Of a stretch of 64,000 nucleotides of DNA, positions 48,745-59,097 are shown one piece after another. Source of the DNA: Candidatus Staskawiczbacteria bacterium RIFOXYB1_FULL_37_44. Lineage in GTDB: Bacteria; Patescibacteriota; Minisyncoccia; Minisyncoccales; Staskawiczbacteraceae. Each line of letters opens with the position of its first letter. Positions within the stretch are counted from its first letter, which is position 1. The stretch covers positions 7,186 through 71,185 of the forward strand of contig MHPJ01000015.1 of the NCBI GenBank assembly GCA_001822065.1, read 5' to 3'. The notes under the pieces were generated by a model. That model was not told where the DNA came from. It worked only from the letters and a program-made list of their open reading frames with translations, and made no database searches. A program made the translations under genes and the position numbers.

Positions 48745-49338
48745 ATGGAAAATCAAAAACACGTTCGTCCATCATGGGATGATTATTTTTTAAATTTATT
48801 AGAGCCAATTGGAAGCAGGGGAAGCTGTGACAGAGGCAGGAGTGGAGCTGTAATTGTTGGGTCAGGTCACACAATAATTGCAACCGGATATGTGGGAGCT
48901 GCTCCGGGGCAGCCGCATTGCGACGAAGTTGGGCATATGATGAATACTGTTATTCATGAAGACGGAACCCAGTCTCAGCATTGCGTCCGAACCTTGCATG
49001 CGGAAGAAAATGCAATTTTGCAATGCGCGAAAGACGGTATAAGCGTTGCGGGCTCTACAATTTACACAAAAATGGTTCCTTGTTATAATTGCGCAATGAG
49101 AATTGTAAGAGTTGGAATTAAGAGGGTGGTTGCAACAAAAAGATATCATTCCGATCAATTGTCGGTAAAACTTTTTAGGGATGCAGAAGTTAATTTGGTA
49201 GTTATGGATAATGCCGTGGAAGAATACAAAAATCAAAGCAATACAGTGAATGATACGCCAAAAGAATTTAAAAGCATAAAAGAAATTTTTGTAGAACAGG
49301 GGAAAACAATAGATGTTAATAAAATAGAACAAGCTTGA
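48745..49338 (+). CDS. dCMP deaminase
   Basis: RPSWDDYF, HAEENAI, PCYNC; ATG at 48745. Confidence 0.88.
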   Translation: MENQKHVRPSWDDYFLNLLEPIGSRGSCDRGRSGAVIVGSGHTIIATGYVGAAPGQPHCDEVGHMMNTVIHEDGTQSQHCVRTLHAEENAILQCAKDGISVAGSTIYTKMVPCYNCAMRIVRVGIKRVVATKRYHSDQLSVKLFRDAEVNLVVMDNAVEEYKNQSNTVNDTPKEFKSIKEIFVEQGKTIDVNKIEQA

Positions 49339-49341
49339 ATC

Positions 49342-50490
49342 ATGGATAAAAATGACGAGCAAATTTTAGTGGTGCCGAGCGAAATTATTTTTGCTAAGGA
49401 AAAATGGCAAGGATTAAAAACAGACAATCTTGATTATTATTTGGATTTGATAAAAAATAATTGCCAGTTCAAAAGAAGGGGTGACATGGAAAATGATCCG
49501 TCTTTCCAACAGATAATTCCATATATGCTGTTTAGTTTTGGCGATAAATTTTTTGCTTATAATTATTTAAAAAACGCGGGAGAACAGCGTTTGGTAAACA
49601 CAGACTACCAGCTCGGTGTGGGTGGCCATATAAACAAAGACGACATAAATGGAGACACAGACGTTTTGGAAACCGGCATGGCGCGAGAGTGGGAAGAAGA
49701 AGTGGATTTTAAAGGGAATTTTTTGCAAAAAAGATTGGTTGGCATAATAAATGACGACTCGCGCGAAGTGGAAAAAGTGCATTTGGGTTTGGTTTATCAT
49801 TTTGTTGGAGACAGCCCAGAAATTCTTGTTAAAGAAACAGATAAAATGAAGGGCAAACTTTTTGACCTAAAAGATATTTCAGAAAATATCAGCCACAGCC
49901 CGTGGATGCAAATAGTCTACAAAAATTATTTATTTAAGTTTTTAAAAACTAAAAAAATTATCGGCGTAACCGGAGAAATTGGGGCGGGCAAAGATACTTT
50001 TTGCCAGTATGTAAAAGAAAACTTTCCAAATGTTTCTATCTTTAGATTTTCTGATGCGTTGACAGAAGTTTTAAAAATATTTTTTGATTCGGTAAAAAGG
50101 GATGACCAGCAATGGATCAGCACTCAATTAAGAGAAAGATTTGGTCAGGATATTTTGGTAAAAGCCTTGATTAAAAAAATAAACAATATAAGCGAAGGAG
50201 TAGTTATTTTAAATGGAGTTCGTAGGCCCGGAGATTTTACGGCTTTAAAACAAATTGCCGGAAAGCTTGTTTATGTAGGAGCTGACGTAAGAAAGAGATG
50301 GGAAAGAGTTGTGTTAAGAAAAGAAAAAGCAGATGACGATGTGCCTTTCGAAAAATTTTTAGAGCTGAGCGGAGCCGAAGCCGAGCAGCAAATTTCCGCA
50401 ATTGGCGGACAAGCTGATTTTAGAATAGAAAACAACGGCTCAAAAGAAGAATTTTTTTCACAAATAAAAAAAGTAATAGATTTAATATAA
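49342..50490 (+). CDS. NUDIX-like phosphoesterase fused to a P-loop nucleotide-kinase-like domain
   Basis: QIIPY, GVGGHIN, REWEEE, VHLG; then IIGVTGEIGAGKDT. Confidence 0.75.
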   Translation: MDKNDEQILVVPSEIIFAKEKWQGLKTDNLDYYLDLIKNNCQFKRRGDMENDPSFQQIIPYMLFSFGDKFFAYNYLKNAGEQRLVNTDYQLGVGGHINKDDINGDTDVLETGMAREWEEEVDFKGNFLQKRLVGIINDDSREVEKVHLGLVYHFVGDSPEILVKETDKMKGKLFDLKDISENISHSPWMQIVYKNYLFKFLKTKKIIGVTGEIGAGKDTFCQYVKENFPNVSIFRFSDALTEVLKIFFDSVKRDDQQWISTQLRERFGQDILVKALIKKINNISEGVVILNGVRRPGDFTALKQIAGKLVYVGADVRKRWERVVLRKEKADDDVPFEKFLELSGAEAEQQISAIGGQADFRIENNGSKEEFFSQIKKVIDLI

Positions 50491-52658
50491 TGGAAAAAGG
50501 GAAATTTTTTGTGTTTGAGGGCATAGACGGATGTGGCAAAGCAACTCAAACAAGATTATTGACGGAGTATTTTGGGCAAGAGGGTTTTGACGTGGAAAAA
50601 ATTGATTTTCCCCAGCACGGAGAGCGGTCTTCTGCTATGGTTGACGATTATTTGACTGGAAAATATGGAGAATCAAAATCTGTGCCGGAAAAGGTTGCCT
50701 CAATTTTCTACGCAACAGACAGATATGATGCCAGCTTCAAAATTAAAAAATGGTTAGATGAAGGAAAAATTGTGGTTTCGGACAGATATTTGGTTTCAAA
50801 CATCGGGCACCAAGGTGGAAAGGTTGTAAATGACGCAGAAAAATGGAAAAATTATGTAAATTGGCTGTATGATTTGGAATACGGAATTTTCGGAATTCCA
50901 AAACCAGACTATACTTTTATTTTGAAAACTTCGGCGGAGTTTTCAATGAAATTGGCAAATAAAATAACTGACCCAGAAAAAAAACAGACAAGAATAAACT
51001 ATTTGGGCGATGATAAAAAACAGGATATACACGAAAAAGACGGAAGCCATTTGGAAAACGCCCTAAAGTCTTATTTAATTGCGGCGAAAGAATTTCCAAA
51101 CGATTTTGCAGTTGTGGAATGCTTGGAAAATGGAGAAATGCTGCCCGCTGAAATTATAAATAAAAAAATAATAAATATAATTGAAAATAAGAAAAAAATT
51201 ATGCCAGCAGAAAGACGAATTTATGCGTTGCCGAATAATTTAATGCCCGAAGTAAAAGCGGTAACTTTTGCCAAGTGTTCAAGGTCGGCGGAACCTTTTG
51301 ATAAAATTGCGCAGGAACTTACCGATGAAAAGTCAGCCGAATTCCATGAAAAGTGGGTGGTGGGTTTTGGACATTCGTCAATTGCCGAGCATGCAGTAAT
51401 TTCTTTGGCAGTTGAAAATGTTTCAAACATTGCCACAAAAGTTATTGAAGATTCGAGGCTGGCTTCTTTTACAGAAAAATCTTCGCGCTACCAAATTTTC
51501 AACAAAGACAAATTGTATATGCCAGAAGGAATAATGAATTCTGATTTAAAAGATATATATTTGAATGCTGTAAATTTATTAATGGATGCTTATGAAGAAA
51601 TGACAGCGCCTATGATGGATTTTGTAAAACAAAAATATCCAAAACCCGATGATCAAGATGAAAAGCTTTACAATATGGTTTCAAAAGCCAGAGCCTGCGA
51701 TAATTTGAGATATTTATTGCCTTCTGCTGTTTTAACAAATCTGGGAATGACAATTAACACAAGAGAACTCGAACATTTAATTGCAAAATTATTATCGCAT
51801 CCACTAAAAGAAATGCAGGATATTGGAAAAGAAATGAAAGAAAAAGCAATGGAAGCGGTTCCTACTTTATTAAAATTTGCAAACAAAAATAATTATATTG
51901 CTGAAACAAAAAAGCAGTTGTCAAATATTGCAAAATGGGAATTGGGTAGGGAAGCGGGAAATAACCAAGCAGTAACAATTGTGAATTATGATAAAGACGC
52001 AACAGATAAATTAATTGCAGGAATTTTATATCCGTATTCCGATTTGTCGTATGAAGAAATTGCGAGGAAAGTTAAGAATTTGCCAAACGATAAAAAAGAA
52101 AAAATAATTGATGAAACGTTGAGCCGCAGAGAAAAGTTTGACCAGCCTTTGCGCGAGCTTGAGCACATCTATTATACCTTTGATATTTTGCTTGATTACG
52201 GAGCATTTCGCGATGTTCAGCGCCACAGAATGTGCACGCAATCAAACCAGCCCGTAACTGTAGTGCATGGATACGATTTACCGCCCGAAATTCGCGAAGC
52301 GGGTTTTGAAGACAAATTTAGGGCAGTGGTGGAAAAAGCAGCCGATGCTTTTCAAAAAATTTATGAGAAATTTCCAGATGAAGCGCAATATGTTGTTCCA
52401 ATGTGTTTTAGAAAACGAGTTTTAATCACCTGGAATTTGCGCGAATTGCATCACTTTATTTCCTTACGGTCTGGCAAGAAAGGCCATGCATCTTACCGCA
52501 GAATCGCGCAAGAGTGCTGGAAAAAATTAAATGAAATCCAGCCTTTGCTGGCAAAATATATCCGCTGCGATATGGATGAAATGTCTGTTTCATGGGCAGC
52601 CTCGTTGGAAAACAAAGATTTTTACTACAACCCCTACGCCGCCCGCGTAAAATCCTAG
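50490..52658 (+). CDS. thyX: Thymidylate kinase fused to tandem-domain flavin-dependent thymidylate synthase (Tmk-ThyX)
   Basis: FEGIDGCGKATQ, SDRY; GHSSIAEH, EKSSRY, RDVQRHR, NLRELHHFISLRS. Confidence 0.88.
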   Translation: MEKGKFFVFEGIDGCGKATQTRLLTEYFGQEGFDVEKIDFPQHGERSSAMVDDYLTGKYGESKSVPEKVASIFYATDRYDASFKIKKWLDEGKIVVSDRYLVSNIGHQGGKVVNDAEKWKNYVNWLYDLEYGIFGIPKPDYTFILKTSAEFSMKLANKITDPEKKQTRINYLGDDKKQDIHEKDGSHLENALKSYLIAAKEFPNDFAVVECLENGEMLPAEIINKKIINIIENKKKIMPAERRIYALPNNLMPEVKAVTFAKCSRSAEPFDKIAQELTDEKSAEFHEKWVVGFGHSSIAEHAVISLAVENVSNIATKVIEDSRLASFTEKSSRYQIFNKDKLYMPEGIMNSDLKDIYLNAVNLLMDAYEEMTAPMMDFVKQKYPKPDDQDEKLYNMVSKARACDNLRYLLPSAVLTNLGMTINTRELEHLIAKLLSHPLKEMQDIGKEMKEKAMEAVPTLLKFANKNNYIAETKKQLSNIAKWELGREAGNNQAVTIVNYDKDATDKLIAGILYPYSDLSYEEIARKVKNLPNDKKEKIIDETLSRREKFDQPLRELEHIYYTFDILLDYGAFRDVQRHRMCTQSNQPVTVVHGYDLPPEIREAGFEDKFRAVVEKAADAFQKIYEKFPDEAQYVVPMCFRKRVLITWNLRELHHFISLRSGKKGHASYRRIAQECWKKLNEIQPLLAKYIRCDMDEMSVSWAASLENKDFYYNPYAARVKS

Positions 52659-52716
52659 CAATTAAAAAACAGCTTGAAATAAGAGCTGTTTTTTAGTATA
52701 TTAAATTAATAAATAT

Positions 52717-54177
52717 ATGGCGTATAAACCAACAATTGGGCTTGAAATTCATGCGGAGCTAAAAACGCAGAGCAAAATGTTTTGTAGTTGCAAAAATGAC
52801 GCAGATGAAAAACGGCCAAATTTTAATATCTGCCCTGTTTGCACAGCTCAGCCGGGCGCGCTTCCGGCGGCAAACGAGGAAGCAGTAAAAATGGTTATAA
52901 AAACCGGGCTGGCTTTAAATTGTGAAATTGCAAAAAATTCAAAGTTTGACAGGAAAAATTATTTTTATCCGGATTTACCGAAAGGATATCAGATAAGCCA
53001 GTATGATCAACCCTTGTGTATGGGTGGATTTTTGGATATTAGCGGTAGAAAAATACGAATTACAAGAATACATTTAGAGGAGGACACCGGGAGTTTGGTG
53101 CACCCCGATGGCGCAGAATATTCTTTAGTTAATTTAAATAGGGCAGGGGTTCCTTTAATGGAATTGGTTACAGAGCCCGATATAGCTTCGGGAAAAGAGG
53201 CAAGGGAGTTTGCAGAAGAGCTTCAGGCGATTTTTAAATATTTGGAAATTTCTGATGCTGATATGGAAAAAGGCTTGATGCGAGTTGAGGTAAATATCAG
53301 TGTTAGCGATAGCCATAAATTGGGGACAAAAGTTGAAATTAAAAATTTGAACTCGTTTAAAGTTGTAGAAAAAGCAGTTGATTTTGAAATTAAGAGGCAG
53401 GCAGATTTATTAAGTGGTGGAGAAAAAATAGTACAGGAAACCCGCGGTTGGAACGATAAAAAAGAAATTACGTTTTCCCAAAGAGAAAAAGAAGAAGCTC
53501 ACGATTACAGATATTTTCCCGAACCCGATTTGCTTGCGATGAATTTTACGAGCGATTATATCGAAAAAATAAAAACAGAAATTCCCGAATTACCGGAGCA
53601 AAAAAGGGCGAGATTTAAAAAAGAATACGGCATGGACGGAGATCCGGCGGAATTTTTTGTGGCAAATAAAGATTTGAGCGAATATTTTGAAGAAGTAGTT
53701 TCAGAATTTGAGGAATGGACACAAGAAGACGATAATCATAAAAAAGCAAGTAAATTAGCAGCCAACTACTTAATTTCTGACGTGCAGGGGTTATTAGCCG
53801 GCAAGGAATTTTCCGCCCAAAGCGGACCAGCTTCGGGCTGGAAAATTACTGCAGAAAATTTTGCTGAGTTTATTAAGATGATTTATAAAAATGAAATTTC
53901 CAGTAAGGTTGCAAAAATGGTTTTGCTTGAAATGTTTAATACGGGAGGCGACCCGTCAAGCATTGTTGAAGAAAATAATTGGGGCCAAATGTCTGACAAC
54001 GGCGAGCTGGAAAAAATTATAAAAGAAATTATTTCAAAAAATCCAAAAGCAGTTGCAGATTACCATGCCGGCAAGCAAAACTCTTTGCAATTTTTGGCCG
54101 GTCAAGTAATGGCTGTAACTCGCGGCACCGCCAAGCCCGAAAGGGCGCAGGAGTTGCTAAAGAAATTGCTGGACTAA
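52717..54177 (+). CDS. gatB: Asp/Glu-tRNA amidotransferase subunit B
   Basis: IGLEIHAEL, RKNYFYPDLPKGYQISQ, HLEED, DYRYFPEPDL. Confidence 0.97.
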   Translation: MAYKPTIGLEIHAELKTQSKMFCSCKNDADEKRPNFNICPVCTAQPGALPAANEEAVKMVIKTGLALNCEIAKNSKFDRKNYFYPDLPKGYQISQYDQPLCMGGFLDISGRKIRITRIHLEEDTGSLVHPDGAEYSLVNLNRAGVPLMELVTEPDIASGKEAREFAEELQAIFKYLEISDADMEKGLMRVEVNISVSDSHKLGTKVEIKNLNSFKVVEKAVDFEIKRQADLLSGGEKIVQETRGWNDKKEITFSQREKEEAHDYRYFPEPDLLAMNFTSDYIEKIKTEIPELPEQKRARFKKEYGMDGDPAEFFVANKDLSEYFEEVVSEFEEWTQEDDNHKKASKLAANYLISDVQGLLAGKEFSAQSGPASGWKITAENFAEFIKMIYKNEISSKVAKMVLLEMFNTGGDPSSIVEENNWGQMSDNGELEKIIKEIISKNPKAVADYHAGKQNSLQFLAGQVMAVTRGTAKPERAQELLKKLLD

Positions 54178-55044
54178 ATTTTTCGTTTCTTTATAGCTTT
54201 TAATCCACTTTATTTTTTTGTCCGCGTTAAACCATGTTATCTGGCGTTTGGCATAATGCCATGTGTTTATTTTCATTTCTGCTGTTGCCTTTTCTAAAGT
54301 TTTTTTATTTTTTAAAAAATCAATAATTTCCCTGTATCCAATGGCGTCAAAAGCCTGCTGTTTTGAGCCATATTTATTTATCAAATTTTCAACTTCATTT
54401 ACTAGCCCGTTTTTTATCATTTCATCAACGCGTAAATTTATTCTGTCTTTTAAATTTTCGTTCGGGACGCTTATTCCTATCTCTAAAATATCAAAGAGAG
54501 GCATGCCGGATTTCCGTTGTTGGGAAAATGGCTTTTTTGTGAGGAGCGTAATTTCCAAAGCTCTTATGACTCTTCTTGGATTTTTAGCATCTATAACATA
54601 AGCTGCTTCCGGATCAAGTTTTACTAATTTTTGGAAAATATATTCTAGCCCCTTTTCTTTAACCTCTTTTTCAATTTTCGCGCGCAAAAGGGGATTAGCC
54701 TTTATTTTTGGAATATCTAAATTTTCTACAATAGCCTTAACATAAAGCCCCGTTCCTCCGGTTAAAATGGGGAGTTTGCCTCTTTTTTGGATATCTCTAA
54801 TTATTTTAACAGCATCTTTTTTATATTCAGCCACAGTGTACGCCCTGTTCGGATTTTTAATATCTAAAAGCCAGTGGGGAATTTCCCGTAAATCTAACGG
54901 CTTAGCCGTACCGATGTCCATTTCTCTATAAATTTGCCGCGAGTCAGCCGAAACAATCTCAGCATTATATTTTTTGGCAAGTTTTATTGAAAGCTCAGTT
55001 TTTCCCGAAGCAGTCGGTCCAACTATAACTATTAATTTATTCAT
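54157..55044 (-). CDS. miaA: tRNA dimethylallyltransferase
   Basis: GPTASGKT, SADSRQIY, GGTGLY, YAKRQITW. Confidence 0.96.
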   Translation of the reverse strand: MNKLIVIVGPTASGKTELSIKLAKKYNAEIVSADSRQIYREMDIGTAKPLDLREIPHWLLDIKNPNRAYTVAEYKKDAVKIIRDIQKRGKLPILTGGTGLYVKAIVENLDIPKIKANPLLRAKIEKEVKEKGLEYIFQKLVKLDPEAAYVIDAKNPRRVIRALEITLLTKKPFSQQRKSGMPLFDILEIGISVPNENLKDRINLRVDEMIKNGLVNEVENLINKYGSKQQAFDAIGYREIIDFLKNKKTLEKATAEMKINTWHYAKRQITWFNADKKIKWIKSYKETKNLVQQFL

Positions 55045-56141
55045 TTTTTATTCACTAGATTTATCAAAATTTTTTCACGGCGCTTTTTTTCTGCCCAAGC
55101 TACATCATCTTTCATTTTTGCGGCTGCGGTTCCCTCGCGCGGGGAGTACTTGTTTATAAAAGCAACGCCATACCCTATTTCTTTTAATGTTTTTACTGTG
55201 TTGTTAAATTGTTTTTTTGTTTCGCCCGGAAAGCCCACAATTATGTCTGTAGAAAGTCTGATGTTTGGCAAAGCTTTTCTGATTTTTTTTACCAGATTTT
55301 TATATTGCAAAACCGTGTATGGCCGGTTCATTCTTTTTAAAACTTCGTCGTCGCCAGACTGGATCGGTAAATTTAAATCCGTTGAAAGCTTTTTACATTT
55401 TACCATTGTTTCGATTAATTCATCTGAAAAATCTTTTGGGTGGCTGGTGGTAAAATTCAAAACGAATTCGCCGGAAATATCATTTACCATTTTTAACAAT
55501 TTTGGAAAATTTATGGCTTGTCCTGAGCCCGTCGAAGGGTCTTTGTAGGAATTAACATTCTGTCCAATCAGCCAGATTTTTTTGTAACCTTTTTTGATAA
55601 GATTTTTTATTTCCGTAATAACTTCTTTTGCCGGCCTTGAAATTTCTCTACCTCTTGTGTGCGGCACAACGCAATAGGAGCAAAAATTGTTGCACCCCGT
55701 CATTATCGGAACATTGGCCGAAAATTTATTTGAATATTTTGGAGTAACATCAAAATAATTGTTACTATTTCTTAGCTGTGCAAAATTTTCACGATCGTGA
55801 ATTTTATGTATAGCTGGCTTTTTTAAGATTTTTGGCCAATTTGGCAAATCCTTTATATTGAAAACATAATCAAAAATTTTTGAAAATTTATTTTCGTCTT
55901 TTTTCAAAATACAGCCGGCTAAAATTGTGGTTATTTCCTTTTTATTTTTTTTTAGTTTTTCAACCAATCCATAAATGCGATCAATCGCCGGCTGTCTTAC
56001 CGAACAGGCGTTTATTACAATCAAATCAGCTTCGCTAATTTCTTCGGCTGGCTTGTATCTCATACTCCCTAAAACAGCGGCGATTCTTTCAGAATCGCTT
56101 AAATTCATCTGGCAGCCATAAGTAACCACATAGTATTTCAT
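55041..56141 (-). CDS. miaB: tRNA methylthiotransferase MiaB (no TRAM domain)
   Basis: TYGCQMN, CSVR, GCNNFCSYC, STDIIVGFPGET; ATG at 56141. Confidence 0.9.
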   Translation of the reverse strand: MKYYVVTYGCQMNLSDSERIAAVLGSMRYKPAEEISEADLIVINACSVRQPAIDRIYGLVEKLKKNKKEITTILAGCILKKDENKFSKIFDYVFNIKDLPNWPKILKKPAIHKIHDRENFAQLRNSNNYFDVTPKYSNKFSANVPIMTGCNNFCSYCVVPHTRGREISRPAKEVITEIKNLIKKGYKKIWLIGQNVNSYKDPSTGSGQAINFPKLLKMVNDISGEFVLNFTTSHPKDFSDELIETMVKCKKLSTDLNLPIQSGDDEVLKRMNRPYTVLQYKNLVKKIRKALPNIRLSTDIIVGFPGETKKQFNNTVKTLKEIGYGVAFINKYSPREGTAAAKMKDDVAWAEKKRREKILINLVNKK

Positions 56142-56244
56142 TAGAATACTATAACATTGCAAAATGGTTTTTTCAAGCCCACCTATTGACAACGTCATTA
56201 TAATATGCTATACTTAATTTAGTACATTGACCTTGATAAATAAT

Positions 56245-56287
56245 AAAATTACGGGTTTTTGCCGTTCGGCAAAAACCCGTAATTTTT
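56245..56287. terminator. Long perfect hairpin, probably a bidirectional terminator
   Basis: aaaattacgggtttttgcc-gttc-ggcaaaaacccgtaatttt. Confidence 0.7.
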
Positions 56288-56309
56288 GAAAAAACTCCAA
56301 CTTGCTTTA

Positions 56310-57323
56310 CTATATTGTTTTTTCGGAAACACATTTTCCTTCTATGCATTTAACTGCGGGAGGGCATTTCGCTGTTCCGTCATCTTTTTGAATGCAGGGC
56401 GACATTATTTGCGGGCAGTCGCTGTCTGTTGTGCAAATCTTTTGGCCGTTTGCAGGAAATATTTTGCAACTGAAATTTATTGCGCATTCCTTTGAGTCTC
56501 TTTCAACTTTCACTATTCCTCCTTTGCAAAAATCAGCAACCGGTTTTGTAACAGCAGGGCAATTCTTTTCACCATTTTTTTCTGTTGCTTTTTCTATTAA
56601 TTTATCATTTACTTTTTCTCTTACGTTCTCTTTTATGCCCTCTAATTTTTCTTTTACATTATCTGGCATTTTGTTTTTAATCCTTTCTAAAACTTCAGGA
56701 TTGTTAGAATCTCCATTTTGCAGGGCATTTTTAATTTTTTCCGCAACTTTTTCTTTATTGTCTTCCAGTTTTGTCATCACTTCTTTAAATCTTTCCAGGT
56801 GTTTTTCTCTGGCGTCTTTGATTTTTTGCAAAACATCTTTTGGAACTTGGCCTTCCAATTTTTGCAGGATTTTTTCGTGCAGGACCTGCTGATTGGTGAA
56901 TTTTTCCAAAAACTTATTTACGTTTTCATCTTTTGACGCTTTCTCTTTTATTGTGTCTGCCCGTTCTTTTATTTTGGCCATTGTCTGCTCGTATTTTTCA
57001 GTTGCTTTTTTCAGTATATCCGGGCTTGCTTTTCCTTCTTCAACTAATTTTTTTAATTCCAGCAGCCGTTCGTTTGAAAATTTTTGTTCAAGTTCGGTTT
57101 TTTTAAGCTGGCCGAACGCAAAAAAAGACTGCACTCCGCGACTCCATTCTTTCAAAAAATAAAACGGGTTGTTGGGAAGCAGGTTTTGGTCTGAAGTTCC
57201 CAGATCGCTTGCCGATATTTGTGTTTCTGTCGCCTGGCTGTCTGGCGTTTCTTCTGCAACGGCATTCGCGCCAAATGATGCCATAAGACAAACAATAACC
57301 GCTATTAAAATAATTTTTTTCAT
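56310..57323 (-). CDS. Secreted DUF5667-like helical protein with Cys-rich tail
   Basis: Signal peptide; LLPNNPFYFLKEW..ERLLE. Confidence 0.7.
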   Translation of the reverse strand: MKKIILIAVIVCLMASFGANAVAEETPDSQATETQISASDLGTSDQNLLPNNPFYFLKEWSRGVQSFFAFGQLKKTELEQKFSNERLLELKKLVEEGKASPDILKKATEKYEQTMAKIKERADTIKEKASKDENVNKFLEKFTNQQVLHEKILQKLEGQVPKDVLQKIKDAREKHLERFKEVMTKLEDNKEKVAEKIKNALQNGDSNNPEVLERIKNKMPDNVKEKLEGIKENVREKVNDKLIEKATEKNGEKNCPAVTKPVADFCKGGIVKVERDSKECAINFSCKIFPANGQKICTTDSDCPQIMSPCIQKDDGTAKCPPAVKCIEGKCVSEKTI

Positions 57324-57357
57324 ATTTTTATATTATTAATTTTATTATTGCCGACCT

Positions 57358-58977
57358 TTAGCGCATTTCTTCTTTGCGTTCTTTAATAAAGTAGCGCCAT
57401 TTTTCTATAAACTCAACAAAGGCAGAAAAAGGCATATCAATTAATGCGTTAAAAAATGCGGCAAGAGCGTTGTATCTTTTCCATTTATTAGAGATCCATT
57501 GTCCAAGGCCGTGCATTGGCAGAAAAAAGACATCGGAAACAAAACTGAAAAATCCCTCTTTTTCATCTTCCATTGTGAGCTCTTGCGCCCGTTTTGAGAC
57601 CGCCGTTCCAGCGAACAAAATTAAAGCGATAAAGATAATGTCTATTAGAATCGAGGTGATGGGAAAGCCCAACCCTTTTAAAATTAAAAAAATCGTTCCA
57701 AAAGTTATAAAGGCCGAAAAGACGTAAATCAGCGACAAAATGGTTTTCATTGTTGCGCCTCTTTTTTTTCTCATTTTTATTTCATATGTATCGCCGGTTT
57801 CTTTTTTGTAGGCAATTTTCATTGTTTCAATAATAACAATGTTTATATTTTTTCTTGAAGGCCGTTTGATTAACGAGACCATTACAAACATTAAAGCTGT
57901 CGGTATTAGCACATCGGCAGAAAGCGCCAGCGCGTTTAGCTTGCTTCCAATTACTTCTTCAATTATCGCTTCCAAGAGAACCAAAGATAAAACCTTGGTT
58001 GCAAAAATTGAAATTGTAGAATAAACAGCTGCTCTGGAAATTCTAGCCTTTAATGTGGACATGCGCTTTGAGTAAGCTTCTTTTATATAGTTCTCCAAAA
58101 CAGACGGTTCTGAAATTTGTTTTCCGGTTTCAGCGCCATTACTTGCCGACAATATGTCTCCCATTAATAAATAGGGCGTGTCGTACTTTTCGCATATATT
58201 ATAAAATTTATTGGCAACAGGATTTGCCAAATCCTCTTCGGTTTTTTGCCATATTTTAAATATCTTTTGGGAAATTTCCAGAATTAATTGCTGGCCTCCC
58301 TTGTCCCATTCGGGGTATCTATATTTTATTAAGTGATAGCTTATTATTGATTTGTCCAGCTTAAAAAGCGCCTGGCATACAGCAATATATATTTGAACAT
58401 ATGTAAAATCTTTTTTTAAAAGCCCCGACTCGTAAATTTTATCGGAAACTCGGATTTTTTCTTTCATTGCTGAAAACATATAATCTATTAGGGCCATTTC
58501 TCTGACAGCCGGCGCTAAAGTTTCTTCTATTTCGCAGGCGCATACTTCTATTAACCAATTGTAAAATTGCAGCCCGGCCTTGCCCTGCTTGTTTTCGGGA
58601 TTATTTTTTAATATAAAAATATACTTGTTTATTATATTTTGGACGCTGTTTATTTTAAATTCTTCAATTTTATCATTGGGAAAGTGCCCGCCGCGAATTA
58701 ATTCCAAAACCAAAGATTCCGCAACGCCATCGGCAGAAGAATAATTGTTCATTTCTAAGTCAAAAAATCTTCTTTTTAACTTTCTTATAATTGCGGCTCT
58801 CCGCATTAAATGCTCTTCTTTCCAGTCAACAATTGTCCTTATCTGCTCGTAAAAAGCCGCTACACGCAAAGCAACCTCGTCAACGTGTATTGTTGGGGAA
58901 TCCGGATTTTGAGCATCGCGTTTTTTTGCTAAAGCGTACTGTGATATGAGTTTTTTTGTGGCTTCGGATAGTTCCAT
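57358..58977 (-). CDS. Conserved hypothetical membrane protein
   Basis: 539 aa with C-terminal TM segments. Confidence 0.75.
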   Translation of the reverse strand: MELSEATKKLISQYALAKKRDAQNPDSPTIHVDEVALRVAAFYEQIRTIVDWKEEHLMRRAAIIRKLKRRFFDLEMNNYSSADGVAESLVLELIRGGHFPNDKIEEFKINSVQNIINKYIFILKNNPENKQGKAGLQFYNWLIEVCACEIEETLAPAVREMALIDYMFSAMKEKIRVSDKIYESGLLKKDFTYVQIYIAVCQALFKLDKSIISYHLIKYRYPEWDKGGQQLILEISQKIFKIWQKTEEDLANPVANKFYNICEKYDTPYLLMGDILSASNGAETGKQISEPSVLENYIKEAYSKRMSTLKARISRAAVYSTISIFATKVLSLVLLEAIIEEVIGSKLNALALSADVLIPTALMFVMVSLIKRPSRKNINIVIIETMKIAYKKETGDTYEIKMRKKRGATMKTILSLIYVFSAFITFGTIFLILKGLGFPITSILIDIIFIALILFAGTAVSKRAQELTMEDEKEGFFSFVSDVFFLPMHGLGQWISNKWKRYNALAAFFNALIDMPFSAFVEFIEKWRYFIKERKEEMR

Positions 58978-58984
58978 ATGCGGG

Positions 58985-59091
58985 TGTCATTGCGAGCGAA
59001 GTTCGCCCTTTGGGGCGACGAGTGTGGCAATCCATGAGTTCGTGAATATACTATAGGTTGCCGCGTCGCCTGCTGGCTCCTCGCAATGACA
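58985..59091. repeat. GTCATTGCGAG...CTCGCAATGAC palindromic element
   Basis: Terminal inverted repeats; related copy at 60876-60950. Confidence 0.75.
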
Positions 59092-59097
59092 AGATAT

